IMG/VR virus record: IMGVR_UViG_3300014208_000031
Location: 32,001-96,000 of that record
Source of the DNA: a virus
DNA length: 64,000 nucleotides
Strand: one strand, 5' to 3'
Shown here: piece after piece, positions 8,807 through 18,367 of the stretch
How the letters are laid out: each line of letters opens with the position of its first letter
Numbering within the stretch: the stretch's first letter is position 1
The notes under the pieces: generated by a model
Seen by the model: the letters and a program-made list of their open reading frames with translations, nothing else
What the model was told of the DNA's origin: nothing
The model's database searches: none
Translations under genes and position numbers: made by a program

Positions 8807-9407
8807 TCAAAAAGGTAAGGATTTTATAATAAATTGGGAAACTGGTGGAAAAAATTACTATGAGAAAGTTTATAAGTCAACTTTTATTTGGCCCGAAGGG
8901 GCATCTGGTCCAACTATAGGATTTGGAATTGATTGTGCGTATTATAGTAAAAATGAACTTAAAGAAATATTCTCTCCCTATGTATCCGCCGAAGAATTAA
9001 GTTTAATTTTAGGGGCGCCTGGGAAATCTGGATCGGCGGGACAAGCATATACTAAAAAACTAAAAGGTATTATTATTACTTGGGATGAAGCCAAAGAAAT
9101 TTTTGATAAATTTACTTTACCTAAATTTACTTCTTTAGCTGAGAAGGTATTTCCAGGTGTTAATGATCTATGCGAAAATGCTCAGGCAGCAATTCTTTCT
9201 TTAGTTTTTAATCGGGGGACGGCTTTAGGTGGACAAAGACGTATAGAAATGGCAAATATTAAAAAAATGATTTCAACTAAAAATTATAAGTCTATAGCTA
9301 CAGAATTTCGTAAAATGAAAAGATTGTGGAAAAATAATCCTAATTCAGATAGTGATTTAACGGATAGGCGAGAATCAGAAGCGAAGTTAGTAGAAAGTTG
9401 TATTTAA
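8796..9407 (+). CDS. Endolysin, lysozyme/pesticin-like muramidase
   Basis: FIINWE..WPEGASGPTIGFGID, AILSLVFNRG, L..RRE.EA.L. Confidence 0.85.
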   Translation: MNINQKGKDFIINWETGGKNYYEKVYKSTFIWPEGASGPTIGFGIDCAYYSKNELKEIFSPYVSAEELSLILGAPGKSGSAGQAYTKKLKGIIITWDEAKEIFDKFTLPKFTSLAEKVFPGVNDLCENAQAAILSLVFNRGTALGGQRRIEMANIKKMISTKNYKSIATEFRKMKRLWKNNPNSDSDLTDRRESEAKLVESCI

Positions 9408-9411
9408 TAAT

Positions 9412-9651
9412 ATGTTTCAAAAATTTCTAATAGATAATGCAATTAAAATATTTACTACTTTTGTAAGTTTGTTAGTGGCGGCAGGTATTTGGATCGGTCG
9501 GAGCGAAATGGAAGTTTCACATTTTAAAAAAGACCTAGAAGAACAAAAAATTGTTATTAAAAATTATGACCGTTTGATTAACCAACATGAATTTATGGTT
9601 CTTAATCATGATTACAGATTAGATAGATTAGATAATTTGTCAAGAAAATAA
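9412..9651 (+). CDS. Small TM plus coiled-coil protein, lysis-associated
   Basis: N-terminal TM followed by a heptad pattern. Confidence 0.5.
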   Translation: MFQKFLIDNAIKIFTTFVSLLVAAGIWIGRSEMEVSHFKKDLEEQKIVIKNYDRLINQHEFMVLNHDYRLDRLDNLSRK

Positions 9652-9696
9652 TTATTTAAAAATGCATTTTTCTCTGTAACAAGTGTAAATATAAGA

Positions 9697-10794
9697 GTGA
9701 ATATTAGAAAAATTGGATTAACTGTTGTGGAAGAATGTGGACACGGATGGAAAATATGTATTGATTGTGAGGAATTAAAATCATTAGATAATTATAGACC
9801 ATCTGCAAGAAATCAACTTATGCGATTAAAGTATTGCTCTATATGTTTAGAAAAACGTATTTCAAAAGCACAAAAAATAGCCAGAGACAATAGGCGCGGA
9901 TTTTGTGTTTTAGATGGTTACAAATATTGTGGTAGATGTTCTGAAATTAAAAACTTAGACTATTTTAGCGCGTGTAGTGCTCATGAAGACAATAAAAACA
10001 TTTATTGTAAGGGGTGTCTATCTGATATTCGGAAAGAAAATATAGATGTTATTAGAGGTCAACAAAGACAAAGATACAGAAAAGACATAACAGAATCGCG
10101 ACGAAAGAATAATGAATATAAACATAAAATTTCCTCTACTAAGCCCGCGCCAATAGATAAAAAATGTTCTATCTGTCAAGAAACTAAACTTATTAAAGAT
10201 TTTTATAAATGTAAAATGCGGCCCGACGGATATGATGTTAGGTGTAAGAAATGTGAACAAGCTAGAAAAGTAGATTTTCATTCAAAAAATAAAGAAAAAT
10301 TAAACTTAAAAAGTAGAAAATATCAAAAAGAAAACAAACAAAAATTGAACGATAAAATTAAAAATGATCCAGGTAAAAGTTTGGGTCGAAGACTTAGAAG
10401 TAGAATTTGGCACGCTCTTAAAAGAAACTCTGAAATCAAAGAAGAAAGAACTAGAGAATTAACTGGTTGTAATATAGAATTTTTACGAAAACATTTGGAA
10501 TATAAATTTCAATTAAGATATAAACATGAATTAGATTGGGATAAATTTATTAAGACGGCTGATTATGAAGTTGACCATATAATTCCTTGCGAAGCTTTTG
10601 ATTTGCACAATAAAGAGGCTCAAAAATTTTGCTTTCATTATTCTAATTTAGAAATCTTGTTAGCTGATGAAAATTACGATAAATCTGATTTCTTATTTGG
10701 TATAAGGGCGCGGCATATGGAAGAAAAATTAAACGGATCAGAAGACTGGCTCAAACTAAAAGATTGGAATCAAAATATAATTAAGTGTAAATAA
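9697..10794 (+). CDS. Free-standing HNH-type homing endonuclease with CxxC repeats
   Basis: Three CxxC..K...F/Y..CxxC repeats, TGCNIEFLRKHLE, YEVDHIIP, FHYSNL..L....N. GTG start. Confidence 0.8.
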   Translation: MNIRKIGLTVVEECGHGWKICIDCEELKSLDNYRPSARNQLMRLKYCSICLEKRISKAQKIARDNRRGFCVLDGYKYCGRCSEIKNLDYFSACSAHEDNKNIYCKGCLSDIRKENIDVIRGQQRQRYRKDITESRRKNNEYKHKISSTKPAPIDKKCSICQETKLIKDFYKCKMRPDGYDVRCKKCEQARKVDFHSKNKEKLNLKSRKYQKENKQKLNDKIKNDPGKSLGRRLRSRIWHALKRNSEIKEERTRELTGCNIEFLRKHLEYKFQLRYKHELDWDKFIKTADYEVDHIIPCEAFDLHNKEAQKFCFHYSNLEILLADENYDKSDFLFGIRARHMEEKLNGSEDWLKLKDWNQNIIKCK

Positions 10795-10797
10795 AAC

Positions 10798-12591
10798 ATG
10801 GACATTTCTAAATTTAAGTATCGTGCCTCATTTTCCTCTGTAATTAAAACAATAATTCCGGCGGAATACGATAAGTTTTTAGCTACTGCAAGTTTAAAGT
10901 CTTTACATGGCGTATTCCCGCCCGGACTAAATCCAGAAGATAGTCCTGATTTATTATATGTTGTAGCTAATGGGGCCGTTGGAAATCTTTGTAATAAAAA
11001 TGCGGACTGCATATCTAATGCCGATATTGTTAAGATTGCTCCATTTTCTATAAATAAATATCTAACCGTTGAACATAAAAGAACTGAGGGGGCGGTTGGA
11101 GCTATATCTAACTTTGGATTTTCTAAATATGGGTCTAATGAATTAATGACAGCAGAAGAAGCTATAGCATCAAATGATCCTGTGAATTGGGTTGTCGGCG
11201 GATTCATTTGGAAAATTCTTGATGAAAATTTAGCTAATTTAGTTATAGAATCTAGTGATGAAAATTCATTAAGGAGTAATACGGTGTCTTATTCGTGGGA
11301 AGTCCTTTTTTCAGATTATCATATTATGGTTGGTAGTCAAAATTTAAGTGAAGCCAAAATTATTACCGATAAAGACGAGATAGAAAAATTAAATCCATGT
11401 CTTAGAGCAAATAATGGTTCCGGTTTTAATCAAACCAAAGAACCTATCTATCGTTTAATTGTTGGTGAAATGCTTCCAGTTGGATTCTCTCTGACGAAAA
11501 ATCCGGCGGCCCATGTACAGGGAGTTTCTGTTTTAGAAGATAAGCCTACCCCGAAACAACAAGAAGAAATAATTATAAATTTAAAAGCTAATGAAAATTT
11601 AGTAACTTGCGCCGCATGTAATAAACCTTTTGATTATAATAGTGTTAGCGAAAGTTCAATGGGTGCGGTTCATTGTCCAAATTGTGATTGTACTTTAGAT
11701 CAAGAAGGAAAAGTTTTAAAAGCCTCGGATTCACAAACTAATATTATAGAGTCTTTAACTATAGAATTAGCCGTAGCGAAAGAAAAATTAGATAAATTTG
11801 AACAAAATGATAAAAATATTTCACTTTCTCAAAAAAATAGTGTAAATGATAATATCAAGAAAAATCCTGATAATGATTTAACGTCAAAAAACAAAATAAA
11901 ATCAAACAAAATGATCAAACTAAAATTTAACGATAGTGATAAAGAAGTTCTAGAAACCGCGGCTTCTACCGATGTGTATGAAATTGCTAAAGAACTTAAT
12001 AAGAAAATGACTGAGTATTCCGCCGAGCTTGATGTAAAAGCCGCCGAAGCTAAAACCGCGCAGGAAGCCTCCGCCAAACTTAAAGAAGATAGCGCCGCGT
12101 TAGCTGCTGATCTTGAAAAAGTTAAATTAGAACTAAAAAATCTTAATGAAGTCCGCGCACAAGAAAAAGTCCAAGCTGATTTTAGTGTTCGTATGGCCGA
12201 CCTCAATGAGAAATTTGAACTGGACGCTGATAAATCCAAATCCATCGCCGCGGACATTCGTGGTCTCGACGATGAAAGTTTCGCTTCGTGGCTTGCTAAA
12301 ATGCAGCCGTTCTTAGTTGCTAAGAAATTTGTTCCGTTTGAAAAGAAAGGCGATAAGGTTGACGATTCTGAGCCTGATGAAGATGGTGATGACGAGGAAA
12401 TGAAAAAAGAGAAGAAAGCTAAGGCTAAAAAAGAATGTAAGGCTTCAATCCTCGAACAAATTGCCGATCTAAAACCTTTTGGCGAAAAGATTGTTAATAA
12501 AGTCGCCGAAGGAACAAAATCGGTGGCAGACTTATTTGCTGAAGCTTTCGCAGACCTAAGCGAAGATAAAGAAAAAAATAAAGCTAAATAA
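10798..12591 (+). CDS. Prohead protease-scaffold fusion
   Basis: NKNAD, LTVEH, VSYSWE and GFSLTKNPA protease-like motifs, a Zn ribbon, and a C-terminal coiled coil; two genes upstream of the capsid gene. Confidence 0.7.
   Translation: MDISKFKYRASFSSVIKTIIPAEYDKFLATASLKSLHGVFPPGLNPEDSPDLLYVVANGAVGNLCNKNADCISNADIVKIAPFSINKYLTVEHKRTEGAVGAISNFGFSKYGSNELMTAEEAIASNDPVNWVVGGFIWKILDENLANLVIESSDENSLRSNTVSYSWEVLFSDYHIMVGSQNLSEAKIITDKDEIEKLNPCLRANNGSGFNQTKEPIYRLIVGEMLPVGFSLTKNPAAHVQGVSVLEDKPTPKQQEEIIINLKANENLVTCAACNKPFDYNSVSESSMGAVHCPNCDCTLDQEGKVLKASDSQTNIIESLTIELAVAKEKLDKFEQNDKNISLSQKNSVNDNIKKNPDNDLTSKNKIKSNKMIKLKFNDSDKEVLETAASTDVYEIAKELNKKMTEYSAELDVKAAEAKTAQEASAKLKEDSAALAADLEKVKLELKNLNEVRAQEKVQADFSVRMADLNEKFELDADKSKSIAADIRGLDDESFASWLAKMQPFLVAKKFVPFEKKGDKVDDSEPDEDGDDEEMKKEKKAKAKKECKASILEQIADLKPFGEKIVNKVAEGTKSVADLFAEAFADLSEDKEKNKAK
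11819..11846 (+). promoter_or_regulatory. Internal bipartite late promoter TTTCAC-N14-AGTGTAAA
   Basis: Same architecture as at 12616, 16605, 23790 and 26301. Confidence 0.7.
11911..12591 (+). CDS. Scaffolding protein from an in-frame internal start (226 aa)
   Basis: In-frame ATG after an internal promoter and A-rich leader; coiled coil; codon usage shifts at this point. Confidence 0.6.
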   Translation: MIKLKFNDSDKEVLETAASTDVYEIAKELNKKMTEYSAELDVKAAEAKTAQEASAKLKEDSAALAADLEKVKLELKNLNEVRAQEKVQADFSVRMADLNEKFELDADKSKSIAADIRGLDDESFASWLAKMQPFLVAKKFVPFEKKGDKVDDSEPDEDGDDEEMKKEKKAKAKKECKASILEQIADLKPFGEKIVNKVAEGTKSVADLFAEAFADLSEDKEKNKAK

Positions 12592-12615
12592 TTTTAAAAT
12601 AATAATTTAAATAAA

Positions 12616-12643
12616 TTTCATAAAAACAAAAAATTAGTGTAAT
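12616..12643 (+). promoter_or_regulatory. Bipartite late promoter for decoration and capsid genes
   Basis: TTTCAT-N14-AGTGTAAT. Confidence 0.7.
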
Positions 12644-12721
12644 ATAAATATAACTAGTAATAACTAACAAAATTTTTAAACAAAAAAATCAAAGATCAAC
12701 AAATAAGAAAAAAACAATAAT

Positions 12722-13312
12722 ATGGCTACCCAAACAAATCTAACTAAGATCAGAGTCTACGAGGAACATGAAGTAATCAATCTGTATTCTACAATTGAAG
12801 GCGACCTCCCTAAAGGTGCAATTCTTGAATATGTTACTGCTGACCCCGATAATCATAACGGTTTTGGAGTGTCCTTTGGGAATGTTCCTAGTTATGCGAT
12901 TTCTAAAGATTATGTAGTTAATTGGAAGGTTCAGGCTGCGCCCGCCTATTCTAAGAAAATTGCCGGTATTCTTCTCGACACCGTTGTAACTAACCTAACT
13001 GATCCTTGGACTCTTGATGCTCGTTTTGCCGATCCCGCTAAACTCGCCGAAAAACAACTAGTTCCTTCTGGCCGCGCAATCCGATTCGTTTCTCGTGGAT
13101 ATTTTGAAGTTAGTGGTATTGATATGAGTTCTGGCTCGGCTGGCCCCGGCCCCGGTTCAGGTGTTTATCTTTCTCATTCTGGTAATGGTACTATTGCGGT
13201 GGGAAATCCCGCTGGTGACATTGGTGATCTTCGCCCTCGCATTGGAACTTGGATGACATCCACCGGAGCAAACGGTTCAGCAACCTTTAAACTATCAGTT
13301 CCTAATAACTAA
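12722..13312 (+). CDS. Capsid decoration/cement protein
   Basis: Between scaffold and MCP; beta-rich with GILL..GRAIRFVSRG..G..VYL..G.I...IG pattern. Confidence 0.65.
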   Translation: MATQTNLTKIRVYEEHEVINLYSTIEGDLPKGAILEYVTADPDNHNGFGVSFGNVPSYAISKDYVVNWKVQAAPAYSKKIAGILLDTVVTNLTDPWTLDARFADPAKLAEKQLVPSGRAIRFVSRGYFEVSGIDMSSGSAGPGPGSGVYLSHSGNGTIAVGNPAGDIGDLRPRIGTWMTSTGANGSATFKLSVPNN

Positions 13313-13354
13313 GTTTTAACAAATTAGACAATAATTAAATAGAATAAAAATAAT

Positions 13355-14452
13355 ATGAGAAAAAAACAATTTACAATTGAACGTAATCCCAAAAGAGTTG
13401 AAATGATGAAACTCATGGCGAGTGATGATATGAATGTAGCTTATCAAGCACAAACTGCTATGGCTAAGTTCATGCGTGAATTCGTCCAACGTTTATTTGA
13501 TCAGAAAAGCACTATTTCCGGTATTTTCCGTAAGGAATATATGGCGAAAGGCGCTCCACAAACTATTTTGGTTGATCCTTACGAGGGATACGCCGAAAAA
13601 GATTTTCATGTGTGGTCAATTACAAAACCCGGCGGACTAACTTCACAAACCGTTGAAGGTCTTAGTGAATATCCTTTTGGTTATTTTAATTTAGATTCTG
13701 CTTTATATTTTGAGAAAGATTATATTGAACAGGCGCGACTTGATCTCTTAGCCAAGGGAATAAATCGTGTTGTCCAAGAGTTTGTAGCTATAGAAGAACG
13801 TTTGGGTTGGACTATGATTCTAACCGCTCTAGCCGCCGGAACTAACACAAATGGTCAAAACCATGTTATTAATTCTAATACTGCTGGTGTGTTTCAGATT
13901 GATGATTTCACCCGTCTTAAAACTTTAATTACTAGATTATATCAATCTTTTGCTTCTGGATCAATTGCCGGAGATTACGGTTTAACTGATTTATACATGT
14001 CGCCCGAACGTATGGCCGATCTTACTAGAATGTCATATAATCCTATGAATACTTATGGTATTCCTAACAGTGACGAGTCCACTTCGTTAGGTTTACCTGA
14101 TAAGATTCGCGAAGAGATTTTCCGCGCTTCAGGAACTAAAGAAATGTGGGGAGTTGAGTTTCATGAACTTCGTGAATTAGGTTTGGGTCGCAAACTAAAT
14201 GTTATTTTTGATGGAGTATCAACAAATACTCCCACTTACAATAATGCCACCCAAGACCTAATGATAGGTATGGATTTAAGTCAAGATGTAGCAATCAGCC
14301 CAGTTGAATCTGGCGACAGTGGAGAAACCGTGAAAGTAGCTGTAGATAATCAGTACTTTTATAATCGTCAAAATAAAGCCGGGTGGTTTTTTACACGTCG
14401 AAATGGTTATGCGGTAATTGATAACCGCTGGTTATGTGGACTAATTGTTTAA
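13355..14452 (+). CDS. Major capsid protein
   Basis: 365 aa, position in the head module, HK97-fold-like motifs (DLYMSPE, WGVEFHEL, GWF....GYAVID), followed by a terminator. Confidence 0.8.
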   Translation: MRKKQFTIERNPKRVEMMKLMASDDMNVAYQAQTAMAKFMREFVQRLFDQKSTISGIFRKEYMAKGAPQTILVDPYEGYAEKDFHVWSITKPGGLTSQTVEGLSEYPFGYFNLDSALYFEKDYIEQARLDLLAKGINRVVQEFVAIEERLGWTMILTALAAGTNTNGQNHVINSNTAGVFQIDDFTRLKTLITRLYQSFASGSIAGDYGLTDLYMSPERMADLTRMSYNPMNTYGIPNSDESTSLGLPDKIREEIFRASGTKEMWGVEFHELRELGLGRKLNVIFDGVSTNTPTYNNATQDLMIGMDLSQDVAISPVESGDSGETVKVAVDNQYFYNRQNKAGWFFTRRNGYAVIDNRWLCGLIV

Positions 14453-14475
14453 TTAGTAAATAATACTAACAAATT

Positions 14476-14500
14476 AACGCTCTTAATTGAGTGTTTTTTT
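14476..14500 (+). terminator. Rho-independent terminator after MCP
   Basis: AACGCTC-TTAATT-GAGTGTT followed by a T run. Confidence 0.7.
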
Positions 14501-14564
14501 GTGAGTAAAAATGTCTGGAAAAGGATATAAAGTTAAGGATACTTGATTGATATAAAATAAAACT

Positions 14565-16286
14565 ATGATACAAAAAGAAAAAACATTAGAAAAGTTTGGG
14601 GTCAATACGGATAATCTTCTAGACGGAAGCCATAAAAGAATCATTATAAAATGTGATTATTGCGGGGATGATACCGAAAATACCTATAAAAATTATATGA
14701 TAAGTAAAAAAAATACAGTAATAAATAAAGATTGTTGTATGAAATGTCGTGGATTAAAAGCAAAAGAGTGTAACGCCGCGCGAGATAGAACTGAAGCTGT
14801 ACAAAAGGGTAACAAACAAAGAGAGGAAACTTGTTTAGAAAAATATGGTAAAAAACATGCCAATCAGACACTAGAAATAAGAGATAAAATGGCAGAATCT
14901 CTTCGTAATAGAACACCGGAAGAAAAAGAAATTAGCAATATAAAACGCAAACAAACTTTTTTAGACAAGTATGGTAAAACTTTTGGGGAAATGTTAAAGG
15001 ATATATTTCTAGAAAAATATGGAGTTAATTATTGTCCACTTGCTCATTCGCCAGATGCTAATAAAAAACGAGAAGACACTATGTTAAAACTATATGGAGT
15101 AAAAAATATTTTTGAACTCCCGGAAATTCAAGAACAGATTAAAAAAACCTGTCTGGAGAGATATGGTTTTGAATATCATATGCAAAGAGATGAATTTAGA
15201 GAGTTGATGTCTAAAGAAGGATTTGGTTGGAATACTGAAGAATCCAGAAAAAAAATTAAAGAGACTAACTTAAAAACGTATGGATTTGAATACGCCACAC
15301 AAAACAAAGAAATTCAAGATAAAATAATTAAAACTAAAATAGAACGTGGATTTATTAACTTTGTTGAAGGCAAAACAGATCAACAATGGGCGGACGAAAC
15401 AGGAATTTCCAGAACTTATGCTAATGTATTATTAAGAAAATATGGTTCTCAGGCATTATTAAATTTTGAACGCGGTAGAACAAGTATAGAAACAATTATT
15501 AAATATATTTTAGACAATAATAATATTAAATATAAAGAACAGGAGATTTTTGTCAATGATGATAAAACTGGACATAAGCGCGCGGATTTTGTAATTGAGG
15601 ATACCAATCTAATTATTGAAGCAAATGGAACATTTTGGCATTCTGAAAACATAAGGGGTAAAACATATCATAAAGAGAAGAGAGAATTTTACTTAAAAGG
15701 GGGATACAATTGTTTATTTTTTAACGAAGATGAAATAATGTTTAAGTCACAAATTGTTGAATCAATTATTTTAAATAAATTAGGATTGACCAAAAATAAA
15801 ATAGCCGCTCGAAAGTGTCAGATTAGAGAAATTGAACCTTCAATATCTAGAGAATTTTATACAGAAAATCATTTAATGGGTAAAAGTTCTGGACGGACTT
15901 TCGGTTTATTCTATAAAGATAAATTAGTTTCTTGTATCCAATTAAGAAAAAAACAGGACGGTTATGAAATAGCAAGATTTTGTAATTTATTAAATTATAG
16001 TGTAATTGGAGGGTTTTCCAGATTATTGTCTTGTGCTGTCAAAGAACTCAACGCGAAAAAAATTATTACATTTATTGATTTAAGATACGGATCAGGAAAC
16101 TATTTACCAATTTTAGGGTTTGAGAAGCAGACGGAATATTTATCTTTTAGGTGGGTTGGTTATATTGAGACTTTTCATAGAATGCAGTTTCCCGGAAATA
16201 CAGGATTAGCAAAAGGTTACAAAAAAATATGGGACTGTGGACAGGCAAAATGGGTTAAATACATAAATTCAAAATCAAGTATATAG
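14565..16286 (+). CDS. Homing endonuclease, PD-(D/E)XK/Vsr-like, with TxLxKYG repeats
   Basis: Repeated TCLEKYG-type units; RADF...IIEANGTFWH; IAARKC..; C-terminal IWDCGQ. Confidence 0.75.
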   Translation: MIQKEKTLEKFGVNTDNLLDGSHKRIIIKCDYCGDDTENTYKNYMISKKNTVINKDCCMKCRGLKAKECNAARDRTEAVQKGNKQREETCLEKYGKKHANQTLEIRDKMAESLRNRTPEEKEISNIKRKQTFLDKYGKTFGEMLKDIFLEKYGVNYCPLAHSPDANKKREDTMLKLYGVKNIFELPEIQEQIKKTCLERYGFEYHMQRDEFRELMSKEGFGWNTEESRKKIKETNLKTYGFEYATQNKEIQDKIIKTKIERGFINFVEGKTDQQWADETGISRTYANVLLRKYGSQALLNFERGRTSIETIIKYILDNNNIKYKEQEIFVNDDKTGHKRADFVIEDTNLIIEANGTFWHSENIRGKTYHKEKREFYLKGGYNCLFFNEDEIMFKSQIVESIILNKLGLTKNKIAARKCQIREIEPSISREFYTENHLMGKSSGRTFGLFYKDKLVSCIQLRKKQDGYEIARFCNLLNYSVIGGFSRLLSCAVKELNAKKIITFIDLRYGSGNYLPILGFEKQTEYLSFRWVGYIETFHRMQFPGNTGLAKGYKKIWDCGQAKWVKYINSKSSI

Positions 16287-16302
16287 TATTAGAAACAACA
16301 AT

Positions 16303-16593
16303 ATGAAAACAAAAAAAATAAAAGTAGAGCCAATTACGAACGTAATCACCAATATTAAATCTATTGATGCTCTTTGGGGTATTAACACGTCTAAATATCG
16401 AGGAAAAGATTTGCAAGAATATACTAATTATATTAGTCAATTAACCAATTTTGGGCTAGAAAATCACGCAAGAGAATTAAATCTTACTTATTTACTTGAT
16501 CGCCAATCTATTATTGATGAATTAATTAAATTATACAAAAAAGACACAAATTCTCGAAATATCCCTAAAGATAAAAATATACAATCTATTTAG
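16303..16593 (+). CDS. Small helical protein, paralog of 18015-18266
   Basis: Shared Y...I..(L/M)....L..HA........R.S.I..LIK.(Y/F)K. Confidence 0.6.
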   Translation: MKTKKIKVEPITNVITNIKSIDALWGINTSKYRGKDLQEYTNYISQLTNFGLENHARELNLTYLLDRQSIIDELIKLYKKDTNSRNIPKDKNIQSI

Positions 16594-16604
16594 TTTAAAT
16601 AATT

Positions 16605-16632
16605 TTTCACTTTCTCCTAAAAATAGTGTAAA
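16605..16632 (+). promoter_or_regulatory. Bipartite late promoter
   Basis: TTTCAC-N14-AGTGTAAA. Confidence 0.7.
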
Positions 16633-16686
16633 GTATATTGACAATTTAACAAAAGCAATTAAAATAAATAGAAAGAATTAAACAAA

Positions 16687-16989
16687 ATGGCACAGAAAAA
16701 AGAATTTAGATGGTTATCGACCGCGCCAACTGGCTCTCCTACTGGTATATCCACGCTTTATGCCGATACGTCTGGTATATTAAAAGTGGTGCGTCCCGGC
16801 GGCGATGTAGTCACCGTTGGTGGAGTATTTCAAAATATATTATCAGGTAATTTTCCCGGACAGCTAGGCACTTTCGTTACCGGACTTCAACCGTCAGTAA
16901 CCGGAAGTCTTGGAAGCACTAAGACATTTTTTGTCGTAACTGGGCCGAGCGGCGGTTCATATGCTCTGCCCGCTTACGCGATAGTCTAA
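16687..16989 (+). CDS. Small virion or fibre-like protein
   Basis: Own promoter and terminator; APTGSPTG..LYA..G.LK and Y.LPAY fibre-type motifs. Confidence 0.55.
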   Translation: MAQKKEFRWLSTAPTGSPTGISTLYADTSGILKVVRPGGDVVTVGGVFQNILSGNFPGQLGTFVTGLQPSVTGSLGSTKTFFVVTGPSGGSYALPAYAIV

Positions 16990-17000
16990 TAAGATAAGTT

Positions 17001-17029
17001 AATCCAATATAGTCTATTGGATTTTCTTT
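17001..17029 (+). terminator. Rho-independent terminator
   Basis: AATCCAATA-TAGTC-TATTGGATT plus T-rich tail. Confidence 0.65.
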
Positions 17030-17058
17030 GATTATTTTTAAAAAATAAACACTATAAT

Positions 17059-17976
17059 ATGAATATCACCGAAACTAAATCAGTTGGTCAAAAATGGTCT
17101 GAAGAGGAAGTTGGATGGCTAAAACTAAATTATCCCATTAAGGGTGGAAATTACTGCGCTAATTATTTAGGGAGAAAGCCAAAAAGCATTATTAAGAAAA
17201 CTTCTTCTCTAAAACTACGAGTTAATCCAGATGTTACAAGCAAATTACAAAAAGAGTCTCATAGGGAAAGAAATAAAAAACGCATTTATTCGGTGAACCC
17301 TAAACAATTTTATAACATCCAAACTCCTGAAGTTGCTTATGTCTTGGGGCTTTTATGGGCAGATGGATGGATAATCAATAAACCATGTGGGCACACTGTA
17401 GCTTTAGCTTGTCAATTGAATGATTTTAATATGTTTAAACCTGTATTTGATAAAATAGGAACTTGGAAAACATACAATATAAATAGAAAAAACAGAAAAC
17501 CTGCTGGAGAATTTAAAATTAGCAACAAACCTTTAGTTCAATTCCTCATGGAAAATGACTATCTAGCGAAATCATCTTTATCTGCTTGTAAAATTCTATC
17601 TAGAATACCCGATAATTTGAAGCATATGTGGTTTAGAGGATTTTTAGATGGAGACGGGCATATTGGAAGAAAGGGTAAAATAATATCTTTTTGTAGTAGT
17701 TTTGAACAAGATTGGACTTTTTTACAGAAAATTTTAGATAAAAACGGTTTAACGTATAATATCCGAAGAAATGAGGTGATATGTAAGGATAATGGAAAAA
17801 TACATAGAAATTCTTATTTTGTTCTTCATGTTAGTTCTACGATGATTTTTGGAAATTTTATTTATAAAGACTATTTAGATAATCACATAGGTCTTCCTAG
17901 GAAATTTGAAATTTATTCTGAAATTAAAGATATTAAACCTAGAGATTATTTTCGGATATTTGATATAATTTTATAA
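17059..17976 (+). CDS. Free-standing LAGLIDADG homing endonuclease
   Basis: AYVLGLLWADG and FRGFLDGDG motifs. Confidence 0.85.
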   Translation: MNITETKSVGQKWSEEEVGWLKLNYPIKGGNYCANYLGRKPKSIIKKTSSLKLRVNPDVTSKLQKESHRERNKKRIYSVNPKQFYNIQTPEVAYVLGLLWADGWIINKPCGHTVALACQLNDFNMFKPVFDKIGTWKTYNINRKNRKPAGEFKISNKPLVQFLMENDYLAKSSLSACKILSRIPDNLKHMWFRGFLDGDGHIGRKGKIISFCSSFEQDWTFLQKILDKNGLTYNIRRNEVICKDNGKIHRNSYFVLHVSSTMIFGNFIYKDYLDNHIGLPRKFEIYSEIKDIKPRDYFRIFDIIL

Positions 17977-18014
17977 ATAGTGTAAAGGTCGGTAGTTACA
18001 AATATTATAAATCT

Positions 18015-18266
18015 ATGAAAAAATCTAAACTTAAACTAAATGAAATGAGTATTGCTAACGGCAAAGTATGGTTAGGAGACGAGATAGATGTGAATCACAA
18101 AACTAAACGGTCTTTGTCACTAGCTAGTTACGAAGAAAAAATAAATAAAATGAATTTACTTGATTTACAACATCATGCTGTAGAAAACCTTGTCCCTGTA
18201 AAAGAAAAACGTGAAAGCCTAATAGCTAGTTTAATCAAAGAGTTTAAAGTCCGCGGCGGACACTAA
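18015..18266 (+). CDS. Small helical protein, paralog of 16303-16593
   Basis: See paralog; preceded by AGTGTAAA at 17979. Confidence 0.6.
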   Translation: MKKSKLKLNEMSIANGKVWLGDEIDVNHKTKRSLSLASYEEKINKMNLLDLQHHAVENLVPVKEKRESLIASLIKEFKVRGGH

Positions 18267-18367
18267 ATTTAGTTACATTAAGTTTAATGTTTCTAGATAT
18301 AGAATCTTAGAAAAGTGTAAATTATACATTAGTCACAAATAATTAATATATTACATTTTAAACTTTT

